Made by a program: the position numbers and the translations under genes
Part shown: one piece after another, positions 48,699 through 57,281 of the stretch
Numbering within the stretch: position 1 is the stretch's first letter
Layout of the letters: each line of letters starts with the position of its first letter
Notes under the pieces: model-generated
Database searches by the model: none
The model's input: only the letters and a program-made list of their open reading frames with translations
Told to the model about the DNA's origin: nothing
IMG/VR virus record: IMGVR_UViG_3300010399_000036
Span: 17,119 to 81,118 of that record
Origin: a virus
Reading direction: 5' to 3' (one strand)
DNA length: 64,000 bases

Positions 48699-49577
48699 AT
48701 GAAGCTTCAGGAATACACAAGGGTCGATCAGGCGCGGTCTTTGTACTTCGACGGACGCCATGACGAAGCGCTGATAGAGGCTGAGGTGTTGTGTCTGTCT
48801 CCCGAGCCCCTAGAAAGGCTTTCGGGTTTACTTCTTAAAGCCTGCATTCAGGCAGAGCGTAATGAGTTTTCAGAATCCCTTGATACGCTTAAGATCGCCG
48901 GGCCGCTAATTGACGCTGCGCCGGCCAGGTCGAAGGCAGCGTTCCACGGACAGCGGGCATTTAACCGCGTTAAGATTGGGCGGAAGAATCCGGCGCTTGT
49001 CGATTACGAGGCGGCGCGATTTTGGGCGTCAGAAGCAAATGACGAGCTGAGTCAGGTCTCGATTAGCAATAACCTGGCGAAAGTTTACAGCGACGTTGGT
49101 CGGTACGAAAACGCCATCAGTGAATCGGATCGGGCTATTCAACTTGCGCGGAAATTGAACGAGCGTATTTACCTGGGGCGCTGTTATGATCAAAGGGCGC
49201 AGATCTTAAACGATCACAAGCTATACGTTGAGGCGGTTAGGTGGAGTGAGAAAGCCCTCGCTCTTTTAGGCGCACATCCAGCCTCGGCAGAAGCTCGACT
49301 CACACATGGTAGGGCTCTAATCGGTGTTGGCGAATCGTATCTGGATAGTCCCGATCCTGTTGAGGACTTCCGTGTCCGTCGCGAGATTGTTAATTCGATT
49401 CACGTCTCTCTTAGCCCTGAGCTAATCAATCTGGCGCTTGAACGTTGCGAGGGCAACATTAAACGCACCGCGCAGTTTCTGCGTGTTAAGCACCAATCCT
49501 TGCAGGGTTCAATAAATCGTTTTGAATTACGACCTCATCAAAAGCGGCACGTCAAACGCTCAATCATCGCAAAATAA
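48699..49577 (+). CDS. TPR-repeat regulator with C-terminal Fis-type HTH
   Basis: TPRs (NNLAKVYSDVGRYENAI, RAQIL...EAV.WSEKAL) and LINLALERCEGNIKRTAQFL; start 48699 or 48657. Confidence 0.8.
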   Translation: MKLQEYTRVDQARSLYFDGRHDEALIEAEVLCLSPEPLERLSGLLLKACIQAERNEFSESLDTLKIAGPLIDAAPARSKAAFHGQRAFNRVKIGRKNPALVDYEAARFWASEANDELSQVSISNNLAKVYSDVGRYENAISESDRAIQLARKLNERIYLGRCYDQRAQILNDHKLYVEAVRWSEKALALLGAHPASAEARLTHGRALIGVGESYLDSPDPVEDFRVRREIVNSIHVSLSPELINLALERCEGNIKRTAQFLRVKHQSLQGSINRFELRPHQKRHVKRSIIAK

Positions 49578-49714
49578 ATCCTGAACTTGTGTTGAAATCC
49601 TTGTACGCAGCGAAAACTTTTATGTTATTCTGCGCGGACCCGTAAACATGGGGTTTACCTCCCACACTCATCGCTCATAATTTCTCGCGCTGTCGGAAAG
49701 GAAACGCCCTCTGC

Positions 49715-49933
49715 ATGACCTCAACTCGCGCCGTCCAATTAGCTGAACAGATCCTAGAAAATCAAATGGAAAAGGCGGAACCATTGGTGAGGTTGTTGTA
49801 CGCCTTCAAAATCGCACGGGGCGATCCCGAAGCGGAGGTAATGATGGATGCGGTCATTCAATACTGCTACAACAAAACCGAGCACTGCTATGAAGGAATA
49901 GAAGCGTTCGTTTCCGGTTCAATCGCGGCTTAG
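49715..49933 (+). CDS. hypothetical protein
   Basis: AAGGA RBS; own putative promoter TTGTAC..TATTCT. Confidence 0.55.
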   Translation: MTSTRAVQLAEQILENQMEKAEPLVRLLYAFKIARGDPEAEVMMDAVIQYCYNKTEHCYEGIEAFVSGSIAA

Positions 49934-50308
49934 GCTGCGTCGAACCTCGCGCTCGAGCATCTGAACATAACGCTTAAACACCCTCTGCTCGCCAAGCGGC
50001 AAGTCTTTGGCCATCTCCCACACATTTGCCCACTCGCTCTTCAGAAAGCCTGTGTTTTCTACGGCTGTTTGGCCCAACGCATTAGCAATTACTTCATCCA
50101 GCGGACGCATGAGTCCCCAAGCCAGATCGCGCAAAGTAAGAATGCCCGGATTTGGCGTTTTGCCTTGCACGATCATCTGCACGGTCGATCGCGCTATGTC
50201 GCCTCCCCGACGCTTGGAATTCTTATGCACATCCAGAGCCGTGAGATTGTTTTCCCGCATTACGCGCAAAACGTAATCACGGAGTGACTCTGCTACTGAA
50301 TTAACCAT
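49919..50308 (-). CDS. CI-like XRE repressor
   Basis: LRDYVLRVMRENNLT..DV...IARSTV..IVQG.TPNPGI.TL.DLA.GL; divergent from the cro-like gene. Confidence 0.75.
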   Translation of the reverse strand: MVNSVAESLRDYVLRVMRENNLTALDVHKNSKRRGGDIARSTVQMIVQGKTPNPGILTLRDLAWGLMRPLDEVIANALGQTAVENTGFLKSEWANVWEMAKDLPLGEQRVFKRYVQMLEREVRRSLSRD

Positions 50309-50339
50309 CTCTAAGTCGGAGGTTTCCGACGTAGGGCGG

Positions 50340-50419
50340 ACTATAGCAAAGCCGTCTGACGGGATTGCGTCTTTCTGTGCCGAAAAAACAGTTGACACGG
50401 AATTTCGAATGTGCATAAT
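50340..50419. promoter_or_regulatory. cI/cro divergent promoters
   Basis: Rightward TTGACA-N16-CATAAT; leftward extended -10 TGcTATAGT. Confidence 0.6.
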
Positions 50420-50427
50420 CAGCATCC

Positions 50428-50661
50428 GTGAAGAGACAAAATCACAGCAGACGAAGACGCGATCCCGTCTTTTATAATTTCGAACTGCTTAGAGAGCGCC
50501 TTAAAGACGCGGGGTTTAACAGCCCTTATGCGTTAGCCAAACATTTAGATCTCAACGAAGAAACAACCTACAAAGTGTTCAATGGCAAGGGAACCTACAA
50601 ACACGTTCGTCCGATTGCGGACTTCTTTAAGGTCAACTGGGTCGAGCTCCACGATGTTTAA
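50428..50661 (+). CDS. Cro-like HTH protein
   Basis: SPYALAKHLDLNEETTYKVFNG...VRPIADFF. Confidence 0.75.
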   Translation: MKRQNHSRRRRDPVFYNFELLRERLKDAGFNSPYALAKHLDLNEETTYKVFNGKGTYKHVRPIADFFKVNWVELHDV

Positions 50662-50932
50662 CCTCTCCGACCAGATTCATCGTGCGCTCCTGACACGTGC
50701 GAGAGTGCGCGGTGATGAGGCCGGGACGAGTGGGAGCGTCCCGGCCAGCCCGTTAACGCGAGGCCGAACTTATACCGCAAGCGGGGGATAAAGGCAATAG
50801 CAGCCAACTGCATAAAACGCGATGACGGTTCTTTGTAACAGGCGCTGACGCGAGATCGGACGAAGAGAGCGGAGAGCTTCTCCGGGGGTGGCGTTCAAAA
50901 AAGGAGAGCCTCTTTCCAGAAGGGGAAAGTAG

Positions 50933-51145
50933 ATGCCTTTATTTCACGTTCAAGATTCAGACAGGCCGCTCTTTGTTGTCGCAAAAGATTGGCACGACGC
51001 ATATGAGCAATGGCGCGAGCAAATCATACATGAGAATGATGGCGACGTGTCTGATCCGCAAGGGATTCAGCACATCTGCGACAACGACGAACTCTTGATT
51101 TACGGAGTCTTGCATGGTTCAAGCAGCAATGAGCAGGAGACCTAA
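50933..51145 (+). CDS. hypothetical protein
   Basis: RBS; ORF in right operon. Confidence 0.65.
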   Translation: MPLFHVQDSDRPLFVVAKDWHDAYEQWREQIIHENDGDVSDPQGIQHICDNDELLIYGVLHGSSSNEQET

Positions 51146-51147
51146 TC

Positions 51148-51393
51148 ATGCCCGATCTAGTTTGCACAGAATGTCCGCACGTCTTTACTGAGGCTGAATT
51201 AGCCGCAGAGAACAAATCAGTGTGGGGCCATTCGTGCCACGCAAACGTAACGGATAGATTTGGGCCAGTGCCAACAGTCTGCGAGTCGCACAGGAAACCG
51301 CTCGAAGAGGAAACCGAACAAGAGAAACACTTAAGAAGGCGTCGCGCCTTCATGCCTGACTATGACAAAGCGCTGGAGGAGTGGCTCTCTTGA
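51148..51393 (+). CDS. zinc-binding hypothetical protein
   Basis: CTEC...WGHSC...CES. Confidence 0.6.
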   Translation: MPDLVCTECPHVFTEAELAAENKSVWGHSCHANVTDRFGPVPTVCESHRKPLEEETEQEKHLRRRRAFMPDYDKALEEWLS

Positions 51394-51608
51394 TGTCAGA
51401 TCCTAACACTCAATGGCGAGTAAACAGATCCGGTATGGAGAACTGCTGCTATAGAGCGCTCCAAGTAGAAATGTATCGGAGAAAGAATCAGAGCGAAGAA
51501 CTAATGGTGATGGGCCACACGATCAGGTGTCCAAACTGCAATGCAGAATTAATCTGTGACAACGGAGTTAGTGGAAGGCTGAGATGGAGGTGGAATGGCG
51601 CTAAGTGA
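51381..51608 (+). CDS. small zinc-ribbon protein
   Basis: CC...CPNC. Confidence 0.55.
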   Translation: MALLMSDPNTQWRVNRSGMENCCYRALQVEMYRRKNQSEELMVMGHTIRCPNCNAELICDNGVSGRLRWRWNGAK

Positions 51609-51629
51609 GCGGCAACCAGTAGAAAGTCT

Positions 51630-52109
51630 TTGATTATGCCTCGCACTGTTCCAAACATTATTCACTATGCCTTGCTCAATCAGCACGGCGAAGCAGGGGC
51701 GTTTTGCTGCGATCCTCCGCGTGTCTTAGACCGCGACGACAACGAGCACTGGATTCTCTCCAAGTGGCTGTACGACGAAGTCACATGCGGTCCCTGTCGC
51801 GCCAAGCTCGGGCTACCCGAGGAGCCTTCACGCGGGAGTCTGTTGCGCGACAACCTAGAAATCAGGCTGAACATCGCTTTTCAATTTGTAGACGCGAACT
51901 ACTGGAATCGCAATGTTCGCAAGTCTGGCGAGCAAAAGTTAAATCCCGATCCGGATGGCTGGTTGGCATCGCAATTCCTACGACTCACCAATGAGTTTGA
52001 AGAAATGATGAAGCCGTTTGTGCAGATGATGGAAAAACACGAAGGTCAATTCGGCTGGCCTGAAATCGTAAACGATTCACCTTTACCTGATCCACCGGAA
52101 AGACCCTGA
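51630..52109 (+). CDS. hypothetical protein
   Basis: H...CC...VTCGPC; DANYWNR..NPDPDG. Confidence 0.65.
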   Translation: MIMPRTVPNIIHYALLNQHGEAGAFCCDPPRVLDRDDNEHWILSKWLYDEVTCGPCRAKLGLPEEPSRGSLLRDNLEIRLNIAFQFVDANYWNRNVRKSGEQKLNPDPDGWLASQFLRLTNEFEEMMKPFVQMMEKHEGQFGWPEIVNDSPLPDPPERP

Positions 52110-52124
52110 AAGGAGAAAGCAATC

Positions 52125-52391
52125 ATGGGCGTAGTTCTTGGCGACGATCAACCCACTAGCACGCGGACCGTCGCAACAGATACGGCGGCTTCATATTTGT
52201 ATGTGGCCCAAAAAGCCGCAGAACGCGGAGACGTTAGAGACGCTTTGTATCACATTGATCGCGCGACCGAGCTGCTACTTAGACCAGAAGTTGGCTTAGA
52301 AGCGCCGGGGATAGTTAGGGGCGAGCACATGAATTACTCGCTACTTGGAAAAGTCTTGGCAGCTAAAGCCGAACGGGCAGCAAGAGGTTAG
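52125..52391 (+). CDS. hypothetical protein
   Basis: AAGGAG RBS. Confidence 0.65.
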   Translation: MGVVLGDDQPTSTRTVATDTAASYLYVAQKAAERGDVRDALYHIDRATELLLRPEVGLEAPGIVRGEHMNYSLLGKVLAAKAERAARG

Positions 52392-52582
52392 AACTCGGTG
52401 TTTCCATCTACGCAGATTGTGAAGTGAGGGCGTCATGCTAGATTCAGAAGATGTCGCCACGGTCTTGAGTTGTTTAGGTTGCGTTGGCGTGATCCTGTTA
52501 AAGCTCGCCCTCATTGTTGGGGTCGTATGGATCGTTCTTCATTTCGCGTTCAAGTATTGGTAATTCAAAACGGAGGCTATGT

Positions 52583-52936
52583 ATGCCTAGAAGCACGTTA
52601 ACGGAGACGGTCGATCGATTAAATTCACTTGTCAATCAAATCCTTGGGTTGAACGAAGAAGAGCGTGGTTACGTGCTGGATCAGATACTACCCGAACCAG
52701 AAGAGCAGCCTAAGCAGAAGAAGACACGGAAGAAGAGAGCCGCGTCGGCGACTAACCAACGTCGCGGAATGCCGACGCCGCGCGAAGGCAATGGAAACTG
52801 TGTTGCGCTGGTCAATGACACGCCCTGCGACGAACCGCAATCAAGCCCTATCCACGATCCTAAAGGAGGCTATGCGGGCTATCACGAGTTTCAACCAGGG
52901 AAGAAAGAAAAGGTATCTGCCGCATCGGGTGACTAA
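52583..52936 (+). CDS. hypothetical protein
   Basis: GGAGG RBS before ATG 52583; C...C...IH...YHEF. Confidence 0.6.
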   Translation: MPRSTLTETVDRLNSLVNQILGLNEEERGYVLDQILPEPEEQPKQKKTRKKRAASATNQRRGMPTPREGNGNCVALVNDTPCDEPQSSPIHDPKGGYAGYHEFQPGKKEKVSAASGD

Positions 52937-52938
52937 GA

Positions 52939-53639
52939 ATGAGCGAAGTTCATAGATGCTTAATTCTGGATACTGAGACCTCGGGGCTCGAAGATGATGC
53001 GCCCGTGATTGAGGTCGGCGCGATTCTGTATTCCGTCGACAATCAGTGCTCACTCCAAGAATTGTCTACCCTTTTGCCAGCACCCGAAAATGGCGCCGAG
53101 CAAATCAACCGAATAAAGAGTGCGGCACTAAATGAGATCGGCCTAATCGGTTCGAGTTCAATAGAGTGGAGTTGTTGTTTGCTATGAGCAAGTCAGCCGA
53201 TGTGTTCGTGGCCCACAACGCGGAGTTTGACAGCAAGCGGATCTTTGGGCAACCGGACTTTTTACCACTCGCCTCTCTCCCCTGGCTCTGCACGATGTCA
53301 GACTTCAAGTGGCCGCTTGCCACACGCGAACAGGGTTCTTTAATCAACATCGCGTTAGACCACGGAATCGGCGTCGCGAGTGCGCACCGGGCGTTAACAG
53401 ACTGTCGACTTATTGCGGCGCTCTTTGACCGCATGGCTGACTTGCACTCCATGTTTCAGGTTGCCATGCGGCCGAAGGGATTTTTTCAGGCAATTGTGCC
53501 TTTCGAACGGAAAGACGAAGCGAAGGCGGCGGGCTTTAAGTGGAACGGCGCCGACAAAACGTGGACGCGCCAGATGGCAATCGAAGATGCGTCTCAATTG
53601 AAATTTCCCGTTAGACAACTTCAAACATTGGAAAGGTAG
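52939..53639 (+). pseudogene. DEDDh 3'-5' exonuclease (DnaQ-like) split across two frames
   Basis: Exo I LDTETSG in 52939-53187; Exo II VAHNAEFD and Exo III AHRALTD in 53166-53639 (-1 frame). Confidence 0.8.
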
Positions 53640-53653
53640 AGAAATACACAACC

Positions 53654-54787
53654 ATGACATTAAGGATTACACGAGCAACCGACCCAATTACCGTGGAGCG
53701 ATTGGTGCAGTGTATCTACGCCCCTCCGGGGATAGGTAAGACATCGATCGCTTTCACTTCACATAAACCTCTTTTGCTTGACTTCGATGGCGGTGTTCAT
53801 CGTGCGGTATTCAGGCTCGATACTGTCAAAGTCGAAACCTGGGATGACGTTGCGGAGATAAGCGATGACGATCTGCGTCAATACCGAACCTTGATATTTG
53901 ATACAGCCGGTCGCGCTCTGGATGTTCTTTCAACTGACATCATCAAAAAGAACCCAAAGATGGGCCGATCAGGCGGTGCGTTGACTCTACAAGGCTTTGG
54001 CGAACTCAAGGCGCGGTTTATCGCGTTCACACGGATGATCCGATCTTTTGGTCTTGACATAGTATTACTGGCCCACAGTGACGAGCAGAAGAACGGAGAT
54101 GATCTAATCGAACGGATCGATGTTCAGGGCGGATCGAAGAATGAGATTTACAAGGTCGCCGACATGATGGGCCGCCTGTACATTCGGAACGGTAAACGAT
54201 ACCTAAACTTTAATCCCTCTGAAACAGCTTACGGTAAGAACCCCGGACGACTCGGTGAGGTTGAAATCCCTGATCTCCAAAGGGTGGATAACCGCGGTTT
54301 TCTTGGCGAGTTGTCGGACAGGGTTAAGGCCGAGCTGAACAAGTTAACAGCGGAGCAGCAAGAAACCGCAACCGTTCTCGCCGAGTGGCAAATTAAATTC
54401 GATTCGGCCAACACGCCCGATGAATACAACGGGTTTATTCCTGAATTTGGGCAACTACCTGAGGCCGTCAAGCTGAACGTTGGCCGTCTATGGCTCAAGA
54501 TCGGAAAGGGCAAGGGATGGGAGCAGGACAAGGAAACAAAACAGTTCCGGGGCGAACCCGTCGAACCATTCACCCCTATATCGGTTAACGGGAAAGACGG
54601 GATGACCAAGAAGCAGCAGAAGGAGATTGAAGAACTTGCCGAAGAGTTGGAACTTGAAGACGTAGACGCGGAGGCCTCAAAGGTCTTCAGCATGGATCTA
54701 AAAGTTAAGAATCTATCGAAAGAGGGCGCCGAGCGCCTGATCGTAGACCTCAAGACAAAAGCCGATAGCGTGGGGGCGCGATTCTAA
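53654..54787 (+). CDS. AAA_24/Sak4-like recombination ATPase
   Basis: IYAPPGIGKTS, LLLDFDGG, TLIFDTAG, VLLAH, ADMMG. Confidence 0.85.
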   Translation: MTLRITRATDPITVERLVQCIYAPPGIGKTSIAFTSHKPLLLDFDGGVHRAVFRLDTVKVETWDDVAEISDDDLRQYRTLIFDTAGRALDVLSTDIIKKNPKMGRSGGALTLQGFGELKARFIAFTRMIRSFGLDIVLLAHSDEQKNGDDLIERIDVQGGSKNEIYKVADMMGRLYIRNGKRYLNFNPSETAYGKNPGRLGEVEIPDLQRVDNRGFLGELSDRVKAELNKLTAEQQETATVLAEWQIKFDSANTPDEYNGFIPEFGQLPEAVKLNVGRLWLKIGKGKGWEQDKETKQFRGEPVEPFTPISVNGKDGMTKKQQKEIEELAEELELEDVDAEASKVFSMDLKVKNLSKEGAERLIVDLKTKADSVGARF

Positions 54788-55399
54788 ATGCGGCTGAGCG
54801 TTTCCGACCTCCAGTGCTGGCAGCGTTATCGCAAGAATCAAGAGGTAACGCTTGAAGACTGTCTTAGACAGCTTCGCCGTGAAGAGCTGCCGAGTCCGGC
54901 TTTATTGGCCGGCAGAAAACTTCACAAGGCACTGGAGTCGGCACAGTACGATCAGGATGATGTAAGTCCTTTCGGTCAATCAGTCCTTAAGTACAAAGAC
55001 TACGTGTTCATTTTTCAATGTGACGTTGAAATCTCAATTCCGCAGGTGCGTGAGCTCAAAGGGGAAATGCTCGTTGAGACTAGCACTGGTCCTGTAACGC
55101 TAGTTGGTGTCGTGGATTCTGTCGACGTGTCGGTTTCTGATTACAAGTTAACCGGCCACTTCGATTCTGAGCGACTGATCGCTTCTTATCAGTGGCGTTG
55201 CTACCTGCAAATGTTTCAGCGACATCGGTTTGATTACAAAGTATTCGTTGGCGAAGAAATCAAACCAAAAGAGTGGGCCATTAAGGATTATCACGAACTC
55301 TCTGTGTATGGCTATCCAGGTATGGAGCAGGATATTCAACGAGAAGTCGGAGAGTGCGCGAGATTTATGCGTGAGCATGTATGGCCCAAGGCGGCGTGA
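54788..55399 (+). CDS. PD-(D/E)XK exonuclease-like protein
   Basis: G..LHKALE, LVGVVD...DYK, SYQWRCYL. Confidence 0.75.
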   Translation: MRLSVSDLQCWQRYRKNQEVTLEDCLRQLRREELPSPALLAGRKLHKALESAQYDQDDVSPFGQSVLKYKDYVFIFQCDVEISIPQVRELKGEMLVETSTGPVTLVGVVDSVDVSVSDYKLTGHFDSERLIASYQWRCYLQMFQRHRFDYKVFVGEEIKPKEWAIKDYHELSVYGYPGMEQDIQREVGECARFMREHVWPKAA

Positions 55400-55404
55400 C
55401 GATC

Positions 55405-55599
55405 TTTGCGCGGATCAGGGTTTTTCGCTGGATCAAACCAGCAAAGGGTACTTAGGTATCCTCTGGCCAAAAACTTCAGGTTCGCGCAAAACTAAAGATT
55501 CCTTTGGCGACTCCATGATCTTAGTGCTGGTCCACCGGAAAGCCACGGCCGCCATATGTTGCGTCAGGCTTGACTTTGGCGGTAGGAGAGAAACCGCCA
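55405..55599 (+). ncRNA. structured RNA modules, proximal part of the array
   Basis: TTTGCGCGGATC/GGTTCGCGCAAA multibranch unit (55405-55490); TGGCGGT-AGGAGAGAA-ACCGCCA hairpin. Confidence 0.5.
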
Positions 55600-55621
55600 C
55601 TTCTGGAAACGAGAGACTGCA

Positions 55622-55777
55622 ATGATCTGCACAGAATGTAAAGACGTGATTCCTTTTTACGAAGAGGATCACAACCCGTTTGACGAGAACGACGCCAACA
55701 TAACGGCCATACTCGGATCGGTTGACTGTTTTGAACGCTATCTGCAACGACAATCGCAGAACAGTTATTTGAATTGA
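55622..55777 (+). CDS. small hypothetical protein (51 aa, CxxC)
   Basis: MICTECKDVIPF...GSVDCFERYL. Confidence 0.45.
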   Translation: MICTECKDVIPFYEEDHNPFDENDANITAILGSVDCFERYLQRQSQNSYLN

Positions 55778-55788
55778 GTTTCCACAAA

Positions 55789-57020
55789 GGGCTGAGTAGC
55801 GCGCGGAGACTGAGGCCGAAACGCGTGAAGCCCAAAACACTTGCTGAGCGATGAACGTGATCGATACTGCTGAGCCTCAGACAGACGGCAAGTGCTTCGA
55901 GAGTATAGAGACTCGACGGCCTGAATAGTTACAAGATCGGGACTGTTGGAACCGTGAGGGCTAACGCAGGGTAATCGGCATTACGAAGTGGCCGAGGAAA
56001 CGGGACGCCTAACCCGTCAAAACCTCAACGTCGGGGAAGTCGGAGCACCGACACGGAAAGACGTGACTTACGCCGGATGGAGAGAATCCGGCACTGGTAT
56101 TTGAAGTTCGGTGAACCCTGATGCGGGGCGCCGCAAGGAAGGCTCAAGGGCTGGAGCGGGTCGTACTCGGCAGGGATTCAGGGGCTGGATTCCTTAGTCC
56201 GGAGTTTTCGGCCCCTGTCTAAATCTTTGAAAAGTTTGCGCGGCTGATTAGAGGCATCTGGAAACCACGCGGTTGTGGGACATGGCCGTAAGAGCGTCGC
56301 TAAAAAGGTGGGTTAAGCGCTACGCTCCCTCAAAACCAGATGACCGATTGTTTCGTGGGTTGATACATGGTCCATCGGCCTGTTAGCCGCGCAAAAGAAA
56401 TCTTGAGTCGCCCGTGTTGATTTGTTGAGATGGCCTCAACCAGCACGGACGTTAGACCACCAGCGCCTAGCACTAAGACGCTGATAATCCTGTAAGGGTT
56501 TTGTGCTTACCGATAAGGGGCGTGGTTCGGGGTGATCGGACAGAAGCGTAGGCGTTGTCCGGCGACTCAGGGTTCTTTGAAGATTCTCCGTTTCGTGCTT
56601 GTGCTGGCCGAGTAGTAGTCGCGAGAGCTCGTCGTACCGAATGAAACGAAGTCGGCGCTAGACGGGAAGATGTTACGAACCAAGCGCAAGGGGGCACACG
56701 GCGACGGTTCCGCTCTGCGACGCGTTAACGCTCGATGAGCCGCTAAATAGCGCAGAGACTCTTGCGGCGAGACGGAGAAGTTTTATGGGCGGCGATTTGA
56801 ACACACAAGCCGAACGTCAGAAATGTTCTTCTGAAAAGTGGTCGGAAGTGGGTCCAACCTCGTAGCAACAAGGTCGCCGCCCGCCCAAGTTAGCGGCGCA
56901 TTGATTCGCGTTTGCTGTTGTAAATCCAGAAGGGAGCAGTAAACGCGATCATAAAGAGAGAAGCTGGCGAATTTCTTTTCTTGCGGGGGGTTGTGAGCGG
57001 AGGAGTTCGCTGGCTCTCTT
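55789..57020 (+). ncRNA. tandem array of structured non-coding RNA modules
   Basis: No credible ORF over 1.2 kb; successive units closed by GC-rich stems with G-U pairs and GNRA loops on the + strand. Confidence 0.7.
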
Positions 57021-57145
57021 GAAAACACCTAACCGAACCAGGGGAAATCAAAATCAAGGGGAAAAAAGTGCATCGTGGGATCTCAATTAGTGTGCTCAAA
57101 AATAAACTTTCACTTCATGCTTTCATGTTCTCAGTTCTTAAAAAC

Positions 57146-57281
57146 GCTCGTTGGCGACCGAGCAATAGAATCAAGTGTCGAGCCTCTTTTGTGTAGAGGC
57201 GCCTTCTGGACATGTCGTTACTTGATTCCGGCGTGAACACCAGGTCGCCAGGCGTCTCTACAAAGAAGAGGCTTTTCTCTT
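57146..57281 (+). promoter_or_regulatory. attenuator/antisense-type RNA switch before the initiator gene
   Basis: 24-bp hairpin plus T-rich tail; its loop is complementary to two upstream boxes. Confidence 0.55.

Noticed and set aside
26964-49933. Possible paralogy between the 26964-27275 and 49715-49933 proteins
   Set aside because: Only a loose helical hydrophobic pattern is shared; too weak to claim without a profile alignment
55789-56130. Hammerhead ribozyme (CTGAG...GAAA at 55810; CTGATG at 56118)
   Set aside because: The CUGANGA core with a correctly placed GAAA and three stems could not be assembled
56473-57099. Minus-strand ORFs in the ORF track across the RNA array
   Set aside because: Antisense to the operon, no RBS, unprotein-like composition; G-U pairing supports + strand RNA structure
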